NCBI GenBank assembly: GCA_019057815.1
Contig: JAHLWR010000042.1
Location: 1 to 10,932, forward strand
Reading direction: 5' to 3'
DNA from: Candidatus Heimdallarchaeota archaeon
GTDB lineage: Archaea > Asgardarchaeota > Heimdallarchaeia > Heimdallarchaeales > Heimdallarchaeaceae
DNA length: 10,932 nt
The translations under genes were made by a program, and so were the position numbers. Under the pieces are notes generated by a model. That model made no database searches and was not told the DNA's origin. It saw nothing but the letters and a program-made list of their open reading frames with translations. Positions 1 to 6,433 of this stretch are shown piece by piece (the first letter of the stretch is position 1; each line of letters opens with the position of its first letter).

Positions 1-66
1 ACGCTTACTGAGGGAGGTGGGAGATAGTAAAAGGCTTATTGCGGAAGTACTAATTATTCAATAATA

Positions 67-73
67 TTTATAA
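67..73 (+). promoter_or_regulatory. Putative TATA box for the EEP gene
   Basis: TTTATAA lies ~20 nt upstream of TTG 93 and ~29 nt upstream of the in-frame TTG at 102. The context is AT-rich, so specificity is low. Confidence 0.4.
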
Positions 74-92
74 GTATTGTAAGTATTTTTAC

Positions 93-1481
93 TTGGTTAA
101 ATTGAGAAAGATACTTTTAGTCCCTATTGCAATTGCACTAATTGCAGCAATAACAGTACCTATTCTAGTTACACAACTAGATTGGGAGGATCCAATAATT
201 ATAAATTACTATCCAACGGAATTTAAGCTTTACTCAGGAGTTGTAGCTATTGGAATGGAAGCTGAAGACAACTCTGGAACCGTTTTGTACAGTATTTATG
301 TTAATGATGAGCTAGTGTCTACTTCTAACACTTATGATTGGGATACAACAACTTTTGAGGATGGTTCAATTGTTGATGTTGTTTTCAAAGCAGAGGATAA
401 GCGAGGTAATTTCGTAATAGAAGATGTTAGACTAGCTGTTGACAACTTTATTGATTCCCCTCGAGATGATGTATTCAAAGTTATGGCTTATAATATCTGG
501 GAAAGTGGTGAAAAAGTCAAAGGTTTCAATGGTGAAACCCGCCCAAAAGGTGCCTGGAGAGATGTAATGGAGGAAGAAAGTGCAGATATTGTTATTCTTG
601 TTGAAACAGGTACGCTTGATGATAGTAATAGTTCTGAATTAAAGAACTCTATTAATAGATTAAATACATATTTCTATGATGAAGCTCCTTATTCTGGCTA
701 TGCCGAACAAGGAATCCGCGCACGTACAGATGGTCAATCAGTTCTTAGTAGATACCCAATACTAGAATTTCATCAAATAATAGACTATGAATTAGATGAT
801 GGAAGTATGTATCATTATAGTCGCTATTTCTGTGATGCTGTCATTAATATTAGTGGAACTATAACACATGTCATTGGTTACCATGGTAAATGTTGTCAAC
901 CTTCTCCTTTATGTAACACTACTAGAATGAGAGAAAATGAAACTGAAGGTATTATTAACTATCTAGATGATCTAGGTGATGTCCCAGTAATGTTCATGGG
1001 AGACTTCAATTCTCATTCTCCTGATGATATTGGAGACTTAGCACCATTGGGTTGGTTAGGAGATGGTCCATTAAGAATGTTACTTTATCCTGAAGATCCG
1101 GTTTATGGACAGTATTCATCACATGTTCATAATTTCACAGATGTTTATAGAACAATAAATCCGACATCATTCGGTCCAACATTTGGCTATTGGGAACCAC
1201 AATATTGGGGGAGAATAGACTATATCATTGTAAACCACCATTGGGCTGATAAAATGATCAATTCAACTGCTGGTGATACACTTTCAGCAAACATGAGTTC
1301 CGACCACTATTCAGTTGATTGTTTCTTCTCGTTAGATGAAAACTATTCATATTCCGATCCAGTAATTAAAGCACCAAAACACACTAGATCTTTAATAATA
1401 TCTGAGAATAATCCTCTGATGATTTTTAAACAAAGATATTTATTTGATGTAGTAAAAACCAAAGACTATTTTCTTATCTAA
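93..1481 (+). CDS. Membrane-anchored/secreted endonuclease/exonuclease/phosphatase (EEP, DNase I-like fold) protein with an N-terminal Ig-like domain
   Basis: The N-terminus is basic then hydrophobic (RKILLVPIAIALIAAITVPILV). A beta-rich Ig-like segment follows (YVNDELVS...WDTT...FKAEDKRGN). EEP motifs appear in order: VMAYNI, ADIVILVE, SRYPI, GYH, MGDFNS, RIDYI, SDHY. The TTG start is uncertain (93 or 102). Confidence 0.88.
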   Translation: MVKLRKILLVPIAIALIAAITVPILVTQLDWEDPIIINYYPTEFKLYSGVVAIGMEAEDNSGTVLYSIYVNDELVSTSNTYDWDTTTFEDGSIVDVVFKAEDKRGNFVIEDVRLAVDNFIDSPRDDVFKVMAYNIWESGEKVKGFNGETRPKGAWRDVMEEESADIVILVETGTLDDSNSSELKNSINRLNTYFYDEAPYSGYAEQGIRARTDGQSVLSRYPILEFHQIIDYELDDGSMYHYSRYFCDAVINISGTITHVIGYHGKCCQPSPLCNTTRMRENETEGIINYLDDLGDVPVMFMGDFNSHSPDDIGDLAPLGWLGDGPLRMLLYPEDPVYGQYSSHVHNFTDVYRTINPTSFGPTFGYWEPQYWGRIDYIIVNHHWADKMINSTAGDTLSANMSSDHYSVDCFFSLDENYSYSDPVIKAPKHTRSLIISENNPLMIFKQRYLFDVVKTKDYFLI

Positions 1482-1494
1482 TTGAAGGAATATC

Positions 1495-1524
1495 TTTATC
1501 TTTTTTTTCTGTTTTTTCCTTTTT
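1495..1524 (+). terminator. Oligo-T archaeal-type terminator between convergent genes
   Basis: T8, T6 and T5 runs lie directly downstream of the EEP stop, in the 50-bp gap before the convergent RING-like gene. Confidence 0.55.
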
Positions 1525-1531
1525 AATTACC

Positions 1532-1987
1532 TTAGTCAACTTGTCCCCACGATATAAATTGACCACCTTTGCGTTTTACTAAAACTGTACCGAACTTCCT
1601 CCATTGTTCTTCTCTATATCTGATAATGCTGAAGTCATCTTTTTTATCCCGTTTTTTCGATGACGTAAGAAGATTTCCTTTTTTCTTCTCATCCTCAAAG
1701 AAAATCTTACTCAGAAACCTACCCTCTCCAGGCTTTCTCTCAAAGTTCTTGGTTACCTCTATTATTTGTTCAATTGGTAATATGTTAAATAGTGGGAAGT
1801 GTGCTTCTGTGTATGCAGCACCGGGGCACATTTCATCTTGTTTGCAACTGGATTTACATTCCTTGCAAAAAATGAGTTGGCAACCATTACATATTTGCCA
1901 TTCTTCTAGAGCAGCTTCTTTTACTGTTTTAAGTTGATTGCAAAAAGTACATTTTAAGAAATACTGTATAACATCTTCTTCTTTCAA
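1532..1987 (-). CDS. RING/PHD-like Cys-rich zinc-finger protein (Nse1-RING-like spacing) with a basic C-terminal region
   Basis: Ligand pattern is C13-x2-C16-x16-C33-x2-C36-x4-C41-x2-C44-x3-C48-x5-C54-P-x7-H63. The TTG start overlaps the upstream TGA (TTGA, 1984-1987). It is the last gene of the operon. Confidence 0.7.
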   Translation of the reverse strand: MKEEDVIQYFLKCTFCNQLKTVKEAALEEWQICNGCQLIFCKECKSSCKQDEMCPGAAYTEAHFPLFNILPIEQIIEVTKNFERKPGEGRFLSKIFFEDEKKKGNLLTSSKKRDKKDDFSIIRYREEQWRKFGTVLVKRKGGQFISWGQVD

Positions 1988-2613
1988 AGCTTCCTAAACT
2001 CCGACGCTATTTTTTGTCTTTCTTCTACTCCAAACTCTATTTCTGTTCTATAATTGTATACCCATTTGTTTTTTATTCTTGTAATGTAACCCAATTTTGT
2101 GAGTTCTCTTAAAGTCTCATCAACAACGTACTCTTTTATCTTACCGCTTATCACAAGTCTATCTTTAACTGACTTTGATGCTATAGGAAGCTTAGTTTCT
2201 TCATATAATCCTATTATGGTTCCTAGGACCAACAATTCATTTTTTTCAAGTTCTGAAGGAGCATAATATTCAGATCGAATACAATACCAAATTTCATGAC
2301 CTGTGGGAAGAGAATATTCAACTACTTCCAAACCTAAAATATTGACAAAATCTTTATACTCACGTATAATCTCTCTTAAGCTGCCAATATCCATCCTAGT
2401 AGCTAAGAGGAGGTCATTTTCAGAACAGCCAAACACAACTTGATTGTTCTTTTTCCATTTTCGCGTTAGAATAACTGTCATTTCTTTAAAAAGTGCGCTT
2501 TTATCTTCGTCAGTTATACATGATGGTAGAGAAATAATTTTCTCCTTTTTATCTATGGTTTCAACTTCATGATTATCTTCATGATTATCAGGTTCTTCTA
2601 CCATTTTTTCCAC
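1984..2613 (-). CDS. KITE-family tandem winged-helix subunit (Nse1/Nse3-MAGE/ScpB-like)
   Basis: The size (209 aa) fits. WH-A ends at ILGLEVVEY. WH-B begins ELLVLGTIIGL and ends LRELTKLGYI...WVYNYRTEIEF, resembling the Nse1 (LHGRAILEM) and MAGE (WGPRA.AE) wing motifs as recalled. It follows the SMC and kleisin-like genes. The start is GTG 2613 or ATG 2604. Confidence 0.72.
   Translation of the reverse strand: MEKMVEEPDNHEDNHEVETIDKKEKIISLPSCITDEDKSALFKEMTVILTRKWKKNNQVVFGCSENDLLLATRMDIGSLREIIREYKDFVNILGLEVVEYSLPTGHEIWYCIRSEYYAPSELEKNELLVLGTIIGLYEETKLPIASKSVKDRLVISGKIKEYVVDETLRELTKLGYITRIKNKWVYNYRTEIEFGVEERQKIASEFRKL
2566..2589. repeat. Perfect 12-bp tandem duplication (TTCATGATTATC x2) encoding DNHE-DNHE
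   Basis: The repeat is directly visible and in frame, in the acidic N-terminal extension of the KITE protein. Confidence 0.85.
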
Positions 2614-2617
2614 TCAA

Positions 2618-3376
2618 TCATTCTTTCTTCAACGCCGATAAAAGAATAGAACTAGATGCACTTTCTTTATCTGAATTTGGATCTTCATCATAAAACTCTA
2701 GAACTTCATTTTCATGCTGTATAACAAAAATTTTCTTTTCGCTTATCAATTTTGATAATATCTCTGCGTCTAGAGGGGATAAGATTTTTTCAAGTTCTTT
2801 CTTCTTAATTTTATTATTAACAAGTTTATCTAGGATTATCTTTTCAATATTCATTATTTCGCCCTTTCCAAGGAATTTACTCTCTAGTATTGATATAAAA
2901 GGTTTATATTTTTGTAAGAAAAGCGATAATTCTTCCTTTTTCAAAGCAAGAAAAGAATCATCAACTCCATCTATGAGATCAATATTAATTACCATTGTTT
3001 TTCTTTCAGCTGTAAAAACTATAGGCTTACAAAGTTTCATAGCAAAATTGGTGAAACTTTCTACTCTTTTTTTAGGATGGAGAAGTTCTTCAAGATGAGA
3101 AAGTTCTCTTAAATCATTCATATCGATGAAATCTTCATATAAAGCAGCATCAATCAAAACTTTCTTTATTTCTTGTAAATAGAGGTAAGCTTCTGAAACT
3201 TTAATTCGATCTTGCTCTGTTTGTTTCAATAATACTACTTCTTTTCTTCTTAGGAATCTCTTATATTTTTTCTCCAATTCAAAAATCGTTTGAAAAATAA
3301 GAGATGACCAATCAGCGCCTTGCTCATAGTTGTCTAGAACAGGCATATCATCTTGGTTTCTTCCTATCTCTGTCAT
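2618..3376 (-). CDS. Putative kleisin subunit (ScpA/Nse4-like)
   Basis: At 252 aa it is ScpA-sized. The N-terminal region is helical. The C-terminal ILSKLISEKKIFVIQHENE resembles the kleisin C-terminal winged-helix pattern (L.L...g.i.l.Q). It has an ATGA overlap with the SMC gene, an AAGGTGG SD, and sits between SMC and KITE. Confidence 0.58.
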   Translation of the reverse strand: MTEIGRNQDDMPVLDNYEQGADWSSLIFQTIFELEKKYKRFLRRKEVVLLKQTEQDRIKVSEAYLYLQEIKKVLIDAALYEDFIDMNDLRELSHLEELLHPKKRVESFTNFAMKLCKPIVFTAERKTMVINIDLIDGVDDSFLALKKEELSLFLQKYKPFISILESKFLGKGEIMNIEKIILDKLVNNKIKKKELEKILSPLDAEILSKLISEKKIFVIQHENEVLEFYDEDPNSDKESASSSILLSALKKE

Positions 3377-6348
3377 AATACCACCTTTGATTCTATGAGC
3401 ACTTTGTGAGTGAATTCTTCTGTTAATGATACATCATCTAATGTAGGAGTAATTAAAATGAACTGTGGTGTCAACATTCTGTTTTCTTTCGCAATTTTAT
3501 ACGTAGATAATGCCATTGAAAAGGCAAGAGCTCTATTTTTCTTATCTAATTTTTGAGTAAATTCATCAATTGCATGCAATGGAGATTGATTTATCATATG
3601 TAATGCCAATATTATTGCTTGCGCAAGAAGAGTTTTTTCTCCCCCTGACAATTGACGATATTGTCTTTTATCCCCTTGAGTTTCAGCTTTGATTTCTAGA
3701 GCTGCATTTCTTTCATCACTGTAATTTTTGATACCTACTGAAATTGTTTCAAACACATCTTTTAGTAATAAATTAAGCATTCTATTCAGGTGAGTAACAA
3801 CATTGGTGAGCTCACTTTTCCATTCTGCTAATCTCTTATCTAAATCCGTTTTCAGGTTATTGAGGTGTTTCTGATTTTCATCTACCTCTTTTTTCATCCA
3901 TTCTACTTTTTCTTCTTGTTTTTCTATTGTTTCAGGGGCAACATCCGTTGTTATTTCAAGTAAATCTAGTTGTCCTTTTATTTGATTATATTCTGCTAAT
4001 ACTGCTTCTCTATCATTTCTAATAACTTCTGGTTTTTCTCCCACTTCTCTAGCTCTTGTTTTCCTTTCTTCATTATATTTTGTTAATTCTTGAATTTCAG
4101 AAGATAGTAGATCGATCTTTCTTAATATCTTAACACGTGTAATATTAAATTCTTCACTCTTTTTAGCTATTGTATCTAATTCAATTTCTTTTTCATTAAA
4201 CTCTTCAATAAAAATTCCAATCTTTCCCTCTAATTCGGTTACTTTACTAATAATCGTGCTGAGTTCTTCCTTAATCACTTCAATTTCTAATTCTTCATCT
4301 TGGATATGTTGTTCTAAATCGCTTTTCTTTCTCTCCAACCTTAGAAATTCATTTTCTAGATCATCACTCCCTAATTCCCAAGGTCTCAATTTCTCTTCTA
4401 ATGCTCTTCTTTCTGATTCTATTTTACTTCTCTCTCTCATCAATGCTCTATCTTCTTCCCTTATACCTTCCATTTCTGCACGTATTTGAAGTAAATTCTC
4501 TCTTACTCTTTCAAAGGATTGGTATTTTCGTGCTGAAACACCTAAACGAATGTTAGATGTTAAAGGAGGGCGAGTAAAAGCTTCTTGTGAAAGGTAGAAA
4601 CTTTTACCATCTTTTGTGAGAATATTAATTCTATTCTTAACTGCATAATCTGTTAACTCATTAGGCGAAAGAGTTGTATCAGCTAGAGCGATATTCACGA
4701 ATCTTCTAAGAAATGTTTTGAGTTGTAAAGGAGCCTTTATAAGATTCAGTACATGACCGATGATACCATTCTTTTCATCAGCTAGGTTAGGTTTTATTAT
4801 AGTGTCTTTCTCACCCTCAAGGCTATTGTTCAAAACTCTTCCAACTGAGAAATTAGGTTTTCTACCTGGAAAAACTTTATCAAAAATCTTCTTTGATTCT
4901 TCATAAGATTCATAGGAAACAGCAACAAAACTAAACAGATGTCTTCCTATAGCAGCTTTAATTACAGCAGTTAAAGGTAAATATTTCTCATCGATACTAA
5001 TAATTTCGTAAATAGGACCTAGTATTTTTTCTTTATAGGGAGATTTCTCTAAATTGTCTTTAAATGCATTAACAGCTGCTATTAATTCACTTTCATATCT
5101 ATTTAATTCACCAAATAAAGCTGATCTCTCATCTATTTTCTTGTTGATCTTCTCTTCTTCCTTTGTTTTCTCTATGAATAATTCCTTATTATGTTTCAAA
5201 TTGTTAACAATCGATCGTACATTTTTGTTAATTGAATTTAATTCATCTGTAAGTTCTATTTTTCTTTGAAAACCACTCTCTGTATTTAGATCTTTTATTT
5301 TCTTAATATTGAATCCAATACTTTCAACTTCATCCTTTAATCGATTAACATTGCTTTCTTTTTCTTTTATCTGTCCCTCCAGCAGATTCATTTGCTTTGT
5401 AAAATCGTTATTAATTGCCTTCTGATCACTTAATTCCTCTTCAAGTTTCGAGTGTTCTTCGCTAAGCTCTTTATATCTCTTCGAGTAAAATGCTCCTTTC
5501 TCCTTCAAATTATTATTTTCAGTTTGAAGTTTTTTAACTGTACCATCAAGCTCTTCTAATTGTTTTTGACTGTTATTTACGTCAAACCAAACTAACTCCC
5601 GCTCAACTTCTTGAAAACGAACAATCAGCTCTTTTTTTCTTTGTAATTTTTCATAACTATCCTGTAATTTTCTAAGTTTGAGTTGTTCTTTTTCTAGTTG
5701 TATCGATAATGGAGATATATCTTTGCTTTTCTCTTCAACTCTATTTTTTGATTTTATATAACTTTGATAGATATTTTTTATTCCAGTTGCAGCAAGTAAT
5801 GTATCAAGCTTTTTATGTGGAGAACCATCAGCAAAGCTGCTCAAACATCCTTCTTCGGTGAAATTCAACATAGCATCTTCATAGATACCTATACTTTTCA
5901 CCAAGTTCTGTACAGCTCTTTGAGTAACTTCTTTTCTTTCATTTTTTTGGTTGGAAATCCATCTTTTTGTCTTACCATTTTTATTAATTCTTATTTCCAG
6001 TCTAAATTTCTCTTTGTTTATGTAAGGACTTATTTCAGGATCTGAACTGCTTATCACTCGTTGATCAGACAATTTTGGATTATTTATGTACAGCTTGATT
6101 ATACAGTAATCATCGAAAGATCCTACTAACTCTTCATTTGTACTTAGAATTAACCTTTGAGGTTTGTGTCCTAGAGCAAGAATTAAAGCTTCTAATATCT
6201 GTGTTTTTCCACTCCCATTTGCTCCTGATATTACTGTTAGGGGGGTTTCAGAAAGTAATAACTCAGTATTCTTGTGCATTTTAAAATTATATATAATGAT
6301 TTTGTCAAAAATATACTGAGTTTCGGTTTCTTCTGAAGTAATAATCAT
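3373..6348 (-). CDS. SMC-superfamily ATPase, SMC5/6-like (archaeal SMC5/6/coalescin-related)
   Basis: Head motifs are Walker A GANGSGKT (6225-6202), signature LSGGEKT (3651-3631), Walker B/D-loop PLHAIDEFTQKLD (3582-3544) and C-terminal QFILITP (3465-3445). Two long coiled coils flank a globular hinge starting ILGPIYEII (~5025-4560). There is no CxxC zinc hook. Confidence 0.9.
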   Translation of the reverse strand: MIITSEETETQYIFDKIIIYNFKMHKNTELLLSETPLTVISGANGSGKTQILEALILALGHKPQRLILSTNEELVGSFDDYCIIKLYINNPKLSDQRVISSSDPEISPYINKEKFRLEIRINKNGKTKRWISNQKNERKEVTQRAVQNLVKSIGIYEDAMLNFTEEGCLSSFADGSPHKKLDTLLAATGIKNIYQSYIKSKNRVEEKSKDISPLSIQLEKEQLKLRKLQDSYEKLQRKKELIVRFQEVERELVWFDVNNSQKQLEELDGTVKKLQTENNNLKEKGAFYSKRYKELSEEHSKLEEELSDQKAINNDFTKQMNLLEGQIKEKESNVNRLKDEVESIGFNIKKIKDLNTESGFQRKIELTDELNSINKNVRSIVNNLKHNKELFIEKTKEEEKINKKIDERSALFGELNRYESELIAAVNAFKDNLEKSPYKEKILGPIYEIISIDEKYLPLTAVIKAAIGRHLFSFVAVSYESYEESKKIFDKVFPGRKPNFSVGRVLNNSLEGEKDTIIKPNLADEKNGIIGHVLNLIKAPLQLKTFLRRFVNIALADTTLSPNELTDYAVKNRINILTKDGKSFYLSQEAFTRPPLTSNIRLGVSARKYQSFERVRENLLQIRAEMEGIREEDRALMRERSKIESERRALEEKLRPWELGSDDLENEFLRLERKKSDLEQHIQDEELEIEVIKEELSTIISKVTELEGKIGIFIEEFNEKEIELDTIAKKSEEFNITRVKILRKIDLLSSEIQELTKYNEERKTRAREVGEKPEVIRNDREAVLAEYNQIKGQLDLLEITTDVAPETIEKQEEKVEWMKKEVDENQKHLNNLKTDLDKRLAEWKSELTNVVTHLNRMLNLLLKDVFETISVGIKNYSDERNAALEIKAETQGDKRQYRQLSGGEKTLLAQAIILALHMINQSPLHAIDEFTQKLDKKNRALAFSMALSTYKIAKENRMLTPQFILITPTLDDVSLTEEFTHKVLIESKVVL

Positions 6349-6351
6349 CTA

Positions 6352-6389
6352 CCCCACCTTGGAATCTAGGGAGAAAATGGTATTTAAAA
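6352..6389 (-). promoter_or_regulatory. TATA box (TTTTAAATA, 6389-6381) and SD (AAGGTGGGG, 6360-6352) of the SMC operon
   Basis: The TATA-like element is ~33 nt upstream of ATG 6348 and downstream of the previous gene's T-tract. A GGTG SD lies immediately before the ATG. Confidence 0.6.
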
Positions 6390-6402
6390 CCAGCTATTAC
6401 GT

Positions 6403-6427
6403 AAAATAAAAAAAGAAAAAAAAGAAA
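6403..6427 (-). terminator. Oligo-T terminator of the surface protein gene
   Basis: The minus strand reads TTTCTTTTTTTTCTTTTTTTATTTT just after the TAA at 6434. Confidence 0.65.
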
Positions 6428-6433
6428 TAGGAA

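Noticed and set aside
1-50. G-rich stretch (GAGGGAGGTGGGAG) at the window start as a possible ncRNA, SD or element end
   Set aside because: It is truncated by the window edge, has no convincing stem or tRNA features, and has no appropriately spaced start codon.
1569-1937. 122-aa plus-strand ORF
   Set aside because: It is an antisense shadow of the RING-like gene with no recognisable motifs.
1984-1995. prfB-like +1 frameshift site (AGG AAG CTT TGA) fusing KITE to RING
   Set aside because: The RING ORF is in the -1 frame relative to KITE, so a +1 shift would not join them. No canonical X XXY YYZ slippery heptamer is present. Ordinary translational coupling is the simpler explanation.
4256-6045. 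Plus-strand ORFs 4256-4489, 5054-5269 and 5815-6045
   Set aside because: These are S/L/F-rich antisense shadows of the E/K-rich SMC gene.
1532-6348. Wadjet/MksBEFG or MukBEF assignment
   Set aside because: The gene order is SMC-kleisin-KITE rather than kleisin-KITE-SMC, there is no JetD/MksG TOPRIM nuclease, and the head motifs are SMC5/6-like.
3373-6348. Rad50/SbcC or canonical Smc
   Set aside because: There is no CxxC zinc hook and no adjacent Mre11/SbcD. It is shorter than typical Smc and lacks DAALD, ITH and the glycine-rich hinge motif.
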